Shown in pieces: positions 1 through 13,027 of a DNA stretch of 39,596 nt (position 1 is the stretch's first letter; every line of letters starts with the position of its first letter). This DNA comes from Octopus sinensis. Its lineage: Eukaryota. A model generated the notes under the pieces. The model ran no database searches and was not told the DNA's origin. It saw only the letters and a list, made by a program, of their open reading frames with translations. Made by a program: the position numbers and the translations under genes. The DNA is taken from assembly GCF_006345805.1 (NCBI RefSeq), contig NW_021835521.1:1-39596 (forward strand), read 5' to 3'.

Positions 1-419
1 TGTGTGTGTTTGTGCATACTTGCATCTATATGCATGCACACATTCATATATATACATACACATTCAAACATACATGCATACATACACACACATGTACATA
101 TACATATTAATATATATGTATATATATCTGTGGCAAATGCCTATTTATTTCATCATATGCTTTTCATTTGTTGAAAACTGAGAGGTCTTGATTAAAATCC
201 GTCAAAGTCGTCTTTATTTACAGACCCTAATTTCAGTTTTATAGGTCAACTGGCACAGACACTTTGTTATCTTAGACCCGCCAAGGGTAGTGGTGGTGGT
301 GATGGTGGTAGGGTGGTGGTAACAGGGTAGGGGACGGATTGGTGATCGGGTGGTAGAGGGGTGGGGGCTCCTAGACGTGCAGACCTGTTGATGTAGAAGA
401 TTAATCTACCCCCTTTCAA

Positions 420-660
420 CTCCATTTACTCCTGGAATGACGAGCCTACTCAGAGAATTTCTTTATGGAGCATGCGGGATGCTAGAAATAACAACGACAT
501 TTCCATTAAATTACCACTTTTTTCAGATGGAAGGACACATTGCGTAATGTTGTCCTGGGTACTTTGAAAACGTCGTGAAGGTCGCCGTTGGCTTGGTTTT
601 TCTCTGATCATAAGCCTGTTCCATCTGGTTGGCTTAAGGTTGAGCAACAACAATAACAAA
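420..660 (+). mobile_element. Decayed octopus-type SINE 3' half with (AAC)n tail
   Basis: Contains gatgctagaaataac...gaaggacacattgcgtaatgttgtcctgg...gatcataagcctgttccatctggttggcttaaggttgagcaacaacaataac. Related tail segments occur at ~745-810 (+, ggtctgctc...ggggctaaacaacaac), ~1030-1110 (-), ~17848-17915 (-) and ~37515-37565 (-). Family recognised from memory, not searched. Confidence 0.5.
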
Positions 661-763
661 AACTACCACCACCACCGCCGCCGCCACCACCTTCATCATC
701 ACCGCAAGAACAACAAGCTAGTTTCGGAGTCCATAATAAATGAAAAAGGTCTGCTCCTGGGGC

Positions 764-806
<43 letters not shown>

Positions 807-962
807 AAACAACAGTTAACCCAATGTGTTCTTCCTGCTAGAAATAGTAAGCAAACTGCTTGAAATTCCGAATAGGCAGATTGAATAAAGTGAATCGGCC
901 ATATAGCGTTTATAAAGAATTTTACATTTGTTGCTTAAAGCTGAAATGTTGAAAAGGTTGAG

Positions 963-1000
963 TTTTTAATGTTTCGGATGGAAATCCTTCGTCAGAGAGA
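963..1000 (-). ncRNA. Decayed type I hammerhead ribozyme motif (Penelope pLTR-like)
   Basis: Minus strand reads tctct CTGACGA a GGAT ttcc ATCC GAAA catta aaaaa. Core and 4-bp stem II are intact; stems I and III are degraded by apparent G>A changes. Confidence 0.5.
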
Positions 1001-1307
1001 AATGCTTAAAAATAGTTTCGTTGCTGTTGATATAGTTGTTTAGGTTCCGGTCAAATCTGGTCCAGTAGACTTGTGGTGAATGTCTTTCCAACCGTGACCA
1101 GCCCGTCTGTCTAACTTATGAAAGAACTATATTATCATATCCAATGTGTATTGTGTTGTTGAAGTCAATAGGAAATGATTTGAGCAAGATTTAAGCTACT
1201 ATTTGCAGCAAATCGAGCGACTACGCAGTGGTTCCTTCGTTGACTCCACTTTAAGTGGTAGCGATGATGGGATACTAGTGTGCGGGTGGGGGTGTTGGTG
1301 GACTCTT

Positions 1308-1312
1308 CATCA

Positions 1313-1384
<72 letters not shown>

Positions 1385-1467
1385 CCATAATCATCATTAT
1401 CATCATCATCATCATCATTATCATCATCATCATCATCATCATCATCACCATTTTTATTATTATTATT
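1308..1467 (+). repeat. Compound (TAT)n/(CAT)n microsatellite
   Basis: Direct reading. It explains the poly-Y/poly-H ORF 1203..1496. Confidence 0.95.
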
Positions 1468-2116
1468 GCACTCGTCCAGTCCCCGAGTATTGCTGAACTA
1501 TGGGTTTATGTCGAACAGCTACTGTCACGTGTAGGACGGATCCGGCTATCAGCCGAATCCATAGTGAAGATTTCCCCGCCGACCTCCTTTAACAAGGAGG
1601 GCGAGGCCGTTTTCTTGTGCCTAGTGGCTGTGGCGAAAGAGGTTGTATGGTGGACCCGTTTGAAAGGGCTAAAGTCAGACACTTTCCTCTTTGGTCAAGG
1701 CCTCATGAACTTTTTCAAGTTTCACTTGAAAAGGAAGATGAGGTTAAAGAGGAGAGTGCTGTCCGATAGCAAGTTTTCTGAAAGGTGGGTGAATTGTGCG
1801 AGAATGGCCAGTATAAATGGACCAATTCTCAGGTTTCGCCTGTGATTCAAAAAGGTAATATAAAAGGAGAATGGGGCTCTCTACCCCCCTTTTGACCAGG
1901 CTCCCGTTGGCTTTTATGGGTTTTTTTCCACCAGGAACCTTTCGAAGCGCGCCCCCCCCCCTATTGGGAGTTTTTCACTGTTATTATCTTTCGTTGTTAA
2001 ACAGTTTTTACTCGGATTTTTTCAAAAACGGACAAAACCCTTTGTAACCTTTCGTCCTGTTTTGTCCCTTTATGTTTCCTAATCATGTGTGTCAGCCCTC
2101 GTGGCCAATAAAAAGA

Positions 2117-2118
<2 letters not shown>
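1468..2118 (+). mobile_element. 5'-truncated Tx1/L1-clade LINE: ORF2 C-terminus, 3'UTR and AATAAA, followed by a (TTA)n tail
   Basis: Translation ALVQSPSIAELWVYVEQLLSRVGRIRLSAESIVKI...LVAVAKEVVWWTRLKG...FFKFHLKRK...ERWVNCARM...* (stop 1845) resembles the region after the ORF2 CCHC finger. It is homologous to copies at 22385-22860 and 25927-26590. It ends gtggccAATAAAaagaatt, then (TTA)n 2119-2173. Confidence 0.75.
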
Positions 2119-2174
<56 letters not shown>

Positions 2175-2252
2175 GCGATTAATAACATCACCGCCACCAC
2201 CTCCACCACCACATTGTCATTACGTCTGTCATTGGCACCACCGTCTCCGTCG

Positions 2253-2295
<43 letters not shown>

Positions 2296-2505
2296 TAGCA
2301 CCAGCAGCCCCTCCTTCTCGGTTATTCCTCAACCAGATGTCACCAATAATCTTATGTGAAAGATCAATGAAATACAAGTCACTAAGTCAGTGTGGTGTAT
2401 ATAGTGTGGTAGATTTTACATAAACTATAATATATATATATATATATACATTCACACACATACACATATACATCCACGGAGGGACATATACACATATATA
2501 TGCAA

Positions 2506-2549
<44 letters not shown>

Positions 2550-3275
2550 TATATAATATATATATTATATATATATATATGTATATATATGTATATATGT
2601 GTGTGTGCATTACACATATGTGTAAATACATGTGTGTGTGTGTGTGAGTGTAGGCGTAGCCCATATTTTAACCGAGGTTGGGTGGTTGTTGTTGTTGGTG
2701 GTGGTGGTGGAGGTGTTCTCTTCAGTTGAAGATTAAAATGGATGCACCATTCGTCGTCTAATTTTGTGAGAAACAGAAAAATGAAAATAAATGTTGGATT
2801 ATGATGATTATATTCGGGTGGAGCAGTGGGTGGTGAAGGTAGTGGTGGTGGTGGTGGTGGTGGTGGGATTGTCGTCCAGCATCACCACCAGCAGCATTAT
2901 GTCAACAATAGCAACACCACCACGACTACTACTTACCACCACCACCACCACCACCGCCTGACCTAACGTTAATAAGGAGGCTGTTGCAACAAGGTGATCA
3001 AGTTGACAGGTGTAAGTGACGTGAAGTGCAATTATCAATCCACCCTGGCCCACCCTCTTCAAAAGCCCTCCGCGAACCGTTGTGCTGGTGGAGGTGGTGG
3101 TGGGTGATGGCCCTCTCCTGCGGAAGGAGATATGTAATATAAACAGTATTTGATACATATAAAGATATACAAGAGATCTAAGAGATCTCTGAATATAGAG
3201 ATCCGGATATAATAAGCAGAGTTGAAACTGAATCGACCCAACTCCTATATTTGTGTGTGTTTTGTGAATGTGTCT

Positions 3276-3320
<45 letters not shown>

Positions 3321-3323
<3 letters not shown>

Positions 3324-3485
3324 CAGGCTTCTTTCCGTTTCTGTCTACCAAATCTACTCACAAATCTTTGGTCGGCGCGAGACTATAGTAGAAGATAGTT
3401 GCCTGGGTTGCCACGCAGTGGAACTGAACCCGGAACCATGTGTTTGGGAAGCAAGGTTTTTACCACACAGTCACGCCTGTGCCTA
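3321..3485 (-). mobile_element. tRNA-derived SINE (octopus-type)
   Basis: Minus strand has an A-box-like gactgtgtgg, a B-box-like gggttcagttcc and the body caggcaactatcttctactatag...gatttggtagacagaaacggaaagaagcctgtcg, ending in (TG)n. Confidence 0.7.
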
Positions 3486-3486
3486 G

Positions 3487-3519
<33 letters not shown>

Positions 3520-3574
3520 CATATATTATGTATGCCCATAAAAACATTATTACGACACAATAATATTATTTTCC

Positions 3575-4125
3575 AGGGTCCGAGGCTCGAGTGCTGGGTT
3601 GTCTGTTTCTCTGGCGTTCTTCCTGGGGGTAAGGCGAAAAGTTTTTGCATTCGCTGCCTGCACGCATCTTTGCCTCTATGCATTCAGTGAGGCTTTGCCT
3701 ATCGTTGGACGATTATCGACTGCTATTTCTAGCAAAAAAACTTAGTAGTGCCACTATTTCCTACTTATTATTCTACCTTTACAGTGCTTTATTTCGCTGG
3801 AAAATAATATTATTTCATTATAATAATATTTATATTTTTTTATAAAAAACTTATCACTGATTTCGGTTTTGTTTATGGCTGGGGCTGTTGGCCGCGTATA
3901 GAGGCATTAATGTGGCGGATATTTTAATTTTAGTCTCTTCGGTGGACCTAGCTGACGGGAACCAATCAGTTTTACGATGATGGTCGTATTCTGAAGGGCC
4001 CGAGGTTCGAGTGCTGAGTTATCCGATTCTCTGGCGTTCTTCATGGGGGTAAGGCGAATTTTTTTTGTATTCGTCGCCCGCATGCATCTTTGCTATTTCC
4101 AGCAAAAATTGGCTCCTGTGCCATT
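3575..4125. repeat. Diverged ~100-bp direct repeat pair (3575-3673 and 3995-4093)
   Basis: agggtccgaggctcgagtgctgggtt...ctctggcgttcttcctgggggtaaggcgaa...catctttgc versus agggcccgaggttcgagtgctgagtt...ctctggcgttcttcatgggggtaaggcgaa...catctttgc; 420-bp offset. Confidence 0.8.
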
Positions 4126-4272
4126 ATTACACACACACAGAGACATATATATATATATGTATGTATATATGAATATGTATGTATATATAATAATATATTA
4201 TATATATATATATATAATTATATATATATATATTATATATATATATATATATGTTATATATATATATAATAT

Positions 4273-4312
<40 letters not shown>

Positions 4313-5037
4313 AGAAGAAGGGGAATTTTCCTTGTGTTGTATGTCTTGTACTCTATTTTTTCGTTGTTTAATAAAAATGTCAATTTCCTTGGTTTTGTGT
4401 TGATGTTTTCGTTTCTCATTGCGTTCGACGTTTTTTTGGTGTCCTGTACCCATATATGCATGTATATATACATATAGATGTAGGTACGTACATATATGTA
4501 TGTATATATGCATATTTTTAATTTATTATATATATAATTGTTATTATATATATATACATACACACATGTACACTTATACACATATGCACACATGCAAACA
4601 TACGCACACATGCGCACATATATATAACCAGCTGCAATATAATAACCTAGTTGTACTTCTGTTTTACCTGTTAATTAATAACTACAAGTAACATCTTCCA
4701 TACTGTTAGGTCAGCCATGTTTCAAAGTAATTACATATGTTAAACTCATTAGATTTAATTAATGATTCTTTTTTTGCTGTAATTCTCATCAGAGAGACAA
4801 AAACTCGTTCACATGCTACAACGCGCACGCACCAATCTATGGCATATACAAACATTCATACATTTATTTATATACCTATAAATGGCGGTGCCCCAGCATG
4901 GCCACAACTCATTAGTTGAAACTGGAAAATCATCAAAAATCATCATACCTATGTACATAGATCTAATTGTGTGTGTATGTTTGTCTGTGCGCATGTCTAT
5001 GCACAGGTAGTCTTGTGTGTGTGTGTGTGTAAATATA

Positions 5038-5071
<34 letters not shown>

Positions 5072-5141
5072 TAGTCAGAAATTTGTGGTTTTGACACAAC
5101 TTTCTAGCAAAGCTGGTATATTTGGTACCCTAATTATATAT

Positions 5142-5206
<65 letters not shown>

Positions 5207-5228
5207 TATATATGTATATATATATATG

Positions 5229-5269
<41 letters not shown>

Positions 5270-5305
5270 TATAATATGTATGTATGTATATATGTGTATA
5301 TATAT

Positions 5306-5337
<32 letters not shown>

Positions 5338-6052
5338 TCGAAGGGTATAATTCCTGGAACAAAACTGACCAACCAGTCTCCCTACGCAAGATATTAAACA
5401 TAAAGCTACGCGACAGATGCAGTAAAATTGCTCCAGAGAGAAGGTGGAACCAACCGAAACTATAATTCCCAGGGAGGATTCTAATGAGACGATGAGCAAA
5501 ATCCCCAAACCATCTAAATGGGTAACAAACGGATAGGAAACGATCCTATCTCAAACAAACATTGCTTGAGATGGAAAATGAACTCAAACACTCCCATGAA
5601 AAGGAGTAGGCCTGTAAAAGAACTGGGAAGATTGGGCCTCCAGCCACACGTTTTGCGATACTTTTAAACCAGTAACTTTTCGGCACCGCCCCTCATATAT
5701 GCACGTTGCTTATTGTCGGAAGAATGAGAAGGAAATGCTCAATACATGTTGAAGCGGGTGCCGGTGGGGGATAATGCTTTGTTTTGTTGATAGGGAAGCT
5801 GGGAAGTTGCCATGCAACTCCATTTTCACGAAGGTCGCGATCGCGTGAAACACGTGTCGCAGAGACAAATTCTCAACTTCAGATTTTTATTAAAAAAAAG
5901 AGCTATACCCCCACAAACATACATACATATACACACATACATACGCACATACATACATACATGCACATATACATACATGTACACATACATACATACATAC
6001 ATACATACATACATACATACATACATACATACATACATACATACATACATAC

Positions 6053-6278
6053 CCATCTGGAGCAAGGTATGGCTAAACTTGGAATCTTAGAGAAAGAATG
6101 CAAATCCTTAATACAGAAACTACAAATGACACATGATATCTAGGAGTATAAAAATCTGAAGTACCTTCTTAAGATTTAAAGGATGACGGCTAAATCATGG
6201 TGCTTTCCTTCACAACCTTGCTACCAAGTCGGTGGCCGGTCAAAGTTTAATCTAAGATGAACAGAGAAAGAGAAGACG
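6053..6278 (+). mobile_element. 3' end of a restriction-like-endonuclease LINE (R4/Dong-like) embedded in (CATA)n
   Basis: HLEQGMAKLGILEKECKSLIQKLQM, then after a frameshift ISRSIKI*STFLRF, which resembles REL-LINE C-termini (LIRKLQ..SI.GTVKICKTF). A short 3'UTR follows. Flanked by (CATA)n 5927-6052 and 6279-6347. Confidence 0.55.
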
Positions 6279-6318
6279 TACATACATACATACATACATA
6301 CATACATACATACATACA

Positions 6319-6349
<31 letters not shown>

Positions 6350-6351
6350 GT

Positions 6352-6432
6352 GAAATAGAGAATATCTACGCTGAACTATTGAGAAATCTGCAATTAATCT
6401 CTTCTGATTACAAGTTCCGATTTATACCTGTG
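6352..6432 (+). mobile_element. REL-LINE endonuclease fragment
   Basis: EIENIYAELLRNLQLISSDYKFRFIPV resembles the K..KY..L....+..+..P+ segment of R4/Dong-type endonucleases. Confidence 0.5.
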
Positions 6433-7636
6433 TAGTAAAAAGAGTTTTAGCAAAGTATTAATTGAATGAAAATAAACTAAAGTTCGTTCGTAAGAAAGTT
6501 CTTTTGGCGGTAATTTGCGAGTAAAGCAAACTTTATTTGAAAGGACTCATTTCATTGGTTGAAAATTATACTAGCCGAAGCCGTCTTGGTTTTTGACCGA
6601 AATTTATTCCAAAAGATTGTTTCTGGATGCTTCTAGAAATTTCCGATGAAGTTTATAAAAACCACAGTTTTCCCCATGTTTTTAAATGACATTTACGCTG
6701 TCCTTCACGAAACTGTGTCCCTCATAACCTTGCGTGTCTCATAGTGTTGAAATGTCTCTCACTCTAACCTAATAGACGCGGCATTATTCTCTATTATGGT
6801 CTGAAGTCATTTATCTAAACTGTTTCCTTAGAATACGTTGATGAATTAGTTAAGGAATTTTATTCATGTCATCTCTTCACGACATGTCATCTTTAGAACT
6901 CACCCCACCGCCAAAAAAAAAAAAAACACACACAATAAACTTGAAAATGTTTTCCATCATATTGCATTGGCTCAGTCTTTAAGAGTGAACATAAGGTGAT
7001 TACTCCTGATATATATTTTGCAATTGTAATTATTTATCCCTATAAAATAAAAGAAGTATTGATCAAAATAATGCGACTCTGATAATGCTTGTTCTATTTA
7101 CTACTTCAAGTTGCATGAGAAAGCCATGGAAGAAAAAGATTTATACGTCATATACAACATATCTTTCAGGTTGTTGTTTTATTTCAGCTTCAAAAACTTG
7201 TGAGCTGTTGCACCAAGACCATTGATCACTAAAAACTGATCGTGGCAATTGAACTAGAACAGTTGAACTGACAACCAGAGCTCATCTAGCTAGTTTAGTT
7301 AAACTATATTTTCTTAAGATAAAATATCGAAAATATTCTTTAGCTGTAATTATTGAGACCCTATGATATGGAACACACTGCCTAAATCTTGAGAAATTAG
7401 GCTTCTCAAAACCAGAAAGGAGAAAGCTAATTCGAAATTACAGATCCAATCCATCACTGGAACTGTAAAAATCTGTAAAACTTTCCAGAAGTATATCATT
7501 TAAATATATATGAGCATGCTTAGATATGTAACTATATGCATGAGAATACATACATAAAACAAAACATACAAACCTGCAGACATACATACGTACATACCTA
7601 CATACATACATACATACAACATACATACATACATAC

Positions 7637-7667
<31 letters not shown>

Positions 7668-7772
7668 CCCTGTTGTTGATGTTGAAATTCCAATGAAGGA
7701 AACTTGGGTTTAGGCTAGGAACCGGTTCTTTCTCTATTGGCAAGAAATCTTGAAATAAAATTGAATAATGAC
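7668..7772 (+). mobile_element. Short retroelement 3' end inserted in (CATA)n
   Basis: Unique ~105 bp (ttgatgttgaaattccaatgaagg...ctattggcaagaaatcttgaAATAAAattgaataatga) flanked by CATA repeats on both sides. I recall it as a common octopus repeat end. Confidence 0.5.
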
Positions 7773-8160
7773 ATACACACATACATACATACCGTACATA
7801 AAAATAGTCATTCTAAGATTAAATGATACCAGAATTATAGCCATATTGTATTCCAATGTACACTAAGACTTTATGATTCCCTCATCTAGAATATGCTTTA
7901 AGAAGGACTCTCTAACACCATACCCTTCACCTTGCTTCACCCAACTGTGAAGGGAGCCCCTTGAACAAAGCTACAGGGGAATGTGTAACCTGGGATGAAT
8001 GAGTTCTGAAATTGATTTTAAATTCAAAACAATTCACGTAATTGCAACACCAAAGGACACTAAGATACTTATCTAGCAGAAACACGGATTGGATACGTGA
8101 CGAAAACAATATATTTAATACACATACATACATACATACATACATACATACATACATACA

Positions 8161-8194
<34 letters not shown>

Positions 8195-8568
8195 CATACA
8201 TACATACATACACACACATATACATGTATATATATATATATATCTATAATATATATATATATATAATATATATATGTGTGTGTGTGTGTGTGTGGTGTGT
8301 GTGTGGTGTGGTTGTATATATATAATACATATACATGTTTGCATGTATGTATGTATGCATGTATGCATGTTTATATATCCATGTGTGTATCTTTGTATAT
8401 ATATCTATGCATTTATCTGTATATGTACGTATATGTGTGTGTTAAACCTGCACTATGAGTATGTACAGACGTGCAGCAGAAGGGGCAGCGGGTAAGCAAC
8501 GAGTGCTTTGTTACATATCAGTGTCGAGTTCATGTGATTTTGTGGGGTCTGGTACAACCATAAACTAA

Positions 8569-8613
<45 letters not shown>

Positions 8614-11434
8614 GGAGAGTATAGTGAGAAAAATATGCTGGTATATTGTCATAGGAGAAAGTCAGCTAGGTATATAGATAAATAATTAAATAAGAAGATA
8701 AATAAACAGAATAAACTGCTAGATAGTATGACAAACGTGTATGGTTGGTTGTTGGTGTGTGAGCGCCTGTCTTTATATGTTTTTATGTATGGTATATTGA
8801 AGAGAACAAGGAGTCATTACAGCACATTATAATTGAGAGAAGAAAACAAAGCGAGAGATGGAGGCGAGGAATTAGCTGATAACATTACCATAGTATACAT
8901 AATCCGTCAACAAACTCTGGAAGATTTACTTTATTAAGAGCAAATTACGAACCAGATACAATATCCGTGAAATATGCTAAATAAGTAACCAGGAGTTGAC
9001 TGTAAAAAAACCATTTTTATATCGAGCGATGATAATTTTATCATGTAACAACGTTATTGTCATGATCCCTCGCTGCTTACCATAAAACGCGGTAACAATC
9101 ATGTCTTTTAGAAAATGAAATATTAAAGGACTAACTTAGGAAAAAAAAAAATGAAAAACTGTTGATTAAAGAGATTATCAAGTCGAATACAGTTATGTGT
9201 TTAATATAACCTATTGGTAGTGAAAGTACTTCGGTACACACACACACACACACACACGCGCGCAGACACATGCATATATATATATATATATGCACATGCA
9301 GTTATATATATACATATATATATGCTCATACATTTATATACATACATTTACACATAGACTTATGTACACATACTTACACGCACGCACACGTACATACGCG
9401 CACGTACACACACACACATATTAACTGATACATACATAGATATGCAACGAGTCGAGAGATGTTGAAATAGAAAGAGAGGAACGGAGAGGAAGGGGTAGAG
9501 TGGGACAATGAAGAAGATCTAAAGATATTGATAGACGTAGATAGAGAGGGATATTAGTGTGAAAAGAGAGGGAGAGATAAAGAGAAAGATTGAGAAGGGA
9601 GTGAAAAGAAGTGAGACAGTTGTAGAGGAGGTGGTGGTGGTAGGAGAGAGAAAGGGAAGTTGAGTCTGATTGAATAACATATCAATGAAAGTAACTGTAG
9701 AATTTTAAAGCTACATAAAATATTGCACGTAAATAGAAAAAGAGAGAAATTAAATAGAAGAAAAAAAAACTACAATAGCAACAATGATAATAATAATGAT
9801 AATATTAACGGCAACAACATTTGTAATATCAAGCTAGGAGCGGAGTGGAGAGAGACAGGCAGAGTGTTGTGTCAAGACTCCATTTACAGGCAGAAGATGA
9901 AACATCCGGTAAATATTCAACAGAAAATACAATATGTGTTTTGCTGCTACAGAACGAACGTCTTCCGGTAACAATAAGAGAAAAGAAAAATGAAGAAAGT
10001 TACCCCAAAACCTCGTGAAAAAAATAGAAAATAAAAGAATGAAAATCATAAATAAACAAATAAACATAAACGAAACTGTCAATGAAGTGTTCTGTAATAT
10101 TTACCGCTATACTAAGAGTGGCATCCGGTTTAAATAATAATATAACAACACAATAATTTTTGTCGCTATCAATCGAACTACTTCCGGTAAAATGTTCATC
10201 AGAAAATATGAGGATTATCCCTGTAGATTATCACCGACGGAATTCCTCGATTTACCGAAGTCTAAGGACTATATTTCTGGGAAATATTTTCTACAGTTTT
10301 TGTGAATTAACAACCACAATTATGAACCAATGAAGTAGGTTCCATGTGATGGAACGGGCTGCTAGAAATAGCTGTTAACTCTCTTTCAAACAACTGTTCA
10401 GCTTTATTTTTTGTCCTTTAGCCAGAGGAGAAAGAAAGAGTCTTAGATCCCTTCCCAAGGACGAGATTAAGGAAATGAAAATGGTGAAGTTCAAAGTCGA
10501 ACAAAACAAGAACCGACAAAAGGAAAAGTATAGATAGACGTTGAAGAAAAATTTCAAAGTAGAAGACATCATGGCGATGTTGTGTGTGTGTGCGTGTGTG
10601 TAACTTCGTCCGTCACTCGTAATCCAATATGACTTGGAAGTATGTACCATGCTTGCGTTAATGTTTTAGCTGCCTGTGTAATCAGGAGACACACACAACT
10701 CGCTGCTCATGTGTGTTTGCATGTGGACGTGTGTGTGTATGTGTGTGTGTGTGTGTACGTTCACACATATACACACATACACATATAATGCTATGTGCCA
10801 TGTGAGACTGTTATAGGTTGGTTTGACTGTCTCTCTGATAGGGGAAATAAATGCCTGTGCTGAAAGAGCTGAAAGATAAAGAAAGTATATATATATATAT
10901 ATATATATATCACTTTAAACGCTTCACGATGCATGTATTTATATATGTAGGCATGCATGCATGCATGCATGTATGTATGTATGTATCAATGTGTAAGTAT
11001 ATATATACATAAACACACGCATTTATACATGCATATATATAGACACATACACACGAATATATTTATAGTAACATTGGATTAAAAATATGAATATATGTAT
11101 ATATGTGAGTGTGTGTGTGTATGTGTGCGCGCGCGCGCGTGTGAGTGTGTGTGTATCTTAATTCTGTGTGGAAACTGTATCCACATGTGTGTATATCGGT
11201 AAAATATTATATACATCCGTAAATGTTTCTTCACTTCCGTGAAATTGTTTCGCTTACTTAATGGCATCTATCTATATATATATATATATATATGTGTGTG
11301 TCTGTATATATCTGCGCTTCTGTATGTGTGTGTGTGTGTGTGTGCGTGTGCGCGCGTGCATGTGTGTTTCTAAGTATGTGCATTTCTCCATTTATATAAA
11401 ACTACATACATACATACATATATGTATATATATA

Positions 11435-11465
<31 letters not shown>

Positions 11466-11468
11466 ATA

Positions 11469-11567
<99 letters not shown>

Positions 11568-11571
11568 TTAT

Positions 11572-11602
<31 letters not shown>

Positions 11603-11954
11603 TATATATATATATATATGATATATATATATTATATATATATATATATAACGCATACATATATATATATACGCATACATATATATATAGACATATCTGT
11701 CAGATTGTCTGCATGTGCCTATGTATGTCTGTATATATGCGTGTGCGCGTGTGTGTGCGTGAGAGAGAGACAGACAGACAGACAGAGCATTTCAATGTAA
11801 GATAATACGCTTTTATGTGTCTGTGTAATAAAATATGCGCGAGCGCGCGTTTGTTTGCGTATGGTGAGCGGTGCTTTTGTTTTTTAGTTTAGTTGTATAT
11901 TTTATGCATACGTAATCCTGGCTCCTTGCTGGTGGTGCTGGTGGTGGGGATGAA

Positions 11955-11957
11955 GGA

Positions 11958-11996
<39 letters not shown>

Positions 11997-12300
11997 AATG
12001 ATGATGATGATGATGATGATGATAATGATGATGATGATAGTGGTGATAATGATGATGGGGTTCGAGATGGTGGTGATGCTGATGTTGGCGATGATGGTGG
12101 TGGTAACGGCTGTGATGGTGATTATGATGATGATAATTAGGGTAATGTTAAATGTATTGATGATGGTGATGTTGATGGTCGTGGTGATAATGGAGTCGGA
12201 AGTCATGATGGTGGTGGTGAAACCGGTGATCCTCGGTATGGTGATGGCGGAGATGGTGGTCTGGGGGTCATGATGATGATGATGTTGATGGTGATGGTGG
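11955..12300 (+). repeat. (GAT)n/(GGT)n degenerate trinucleotide tract
   Basis: Direct reading. It explains the poly-M and poly-I ORFs at 11889-12488. Confidence 0.9.
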
Positions 12301-12631
12301 TAATTGTTGTGGAGGTGAGTTGATTTGTTTTTTTCCGTTAACGATGCCAAAACTCTGTTAGAAATATTGTGGAAGTGGTACGAGTCAAGGTCTCCACCAC
12401 CAGCACCAGCCACAGCCTCCCCACGACCATCGCCACAATCACCGTCGCCGCCACCGCCACCGCTAACCCCCAATTCCACCCCCACCACTATTATTGTAAC
12501 TTGAGAACTATTTCAGTTTTTCACTGGAAATATAAACAGTGTTGATACTGTTTCTCTCTCTCTCTCTCCGTATTCACACACACACACACACACACCCACA
12601 TATATACGTATATATGTGTGTATATGTGTGA

Positions 12632-12664
<33 letters not shown>

Positions 12665-12865
12665 CACACACATATATATCTGTGTGTGTATACATATATA
12701 TATATATGTATATATTGTATATATAATGCACACAGACACATATATGCAAATATATATATTTATATTTATATAAAGGTATACGTATGCATGTGTGTGTGCG
12801 TGTATATATATGTATACCCTATATATAATACACACATACTCACACACACGCGCGCGCACACACAC

Positions 12866-12954
12866 ACACAATATATATATATATATATATGTCGTAGGAA
12901 TTAAATGCCTTTATATGAATCATCAGTAAAATGGTAGTTATGAAGAAAGCTTGC

Positions 12955-13027
<73 letters not shown>

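Noticed and set aside
527-638. Exon-like segment after the strong acceptor accacttttttcag
   Set aside because: All three frames stop before the plausible donor, and the sequence fits a decayed SINE tail.
5330-5640. KQTLLEMENELKHSHEKE-like stretch, faintly like a CR1 inter-domain region
   Set aside because: Too short and interrupted to support a call.
7845-7900. IPMYTKTL*FPHLEYA resembling the CR1 motif LY..LVRPHLEYA
   Set aside because: Single short motif with a stop and no flanking support.
8889-8999. 111-nt minus-strand candidate exon with good acceptor and donor
   Set aside because: Stop codons in all three frames and no recognisable peptide; a non-coding exon cannot be excluded without RNA data.
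10196-10202. CTGATGA on the minus strand (also at 12920-12926 and its duplicate)
   Set aside because: No correctly placed GAAA or stem III, so not a hammerhead.
10422-10527. Open purine-rich segment after a polypyrimidine acceptor (RGERKSLRSLPKDEIKEMKMVKF...)
   Set aside because: Weak donor, no recognisable homology and no partner exons.
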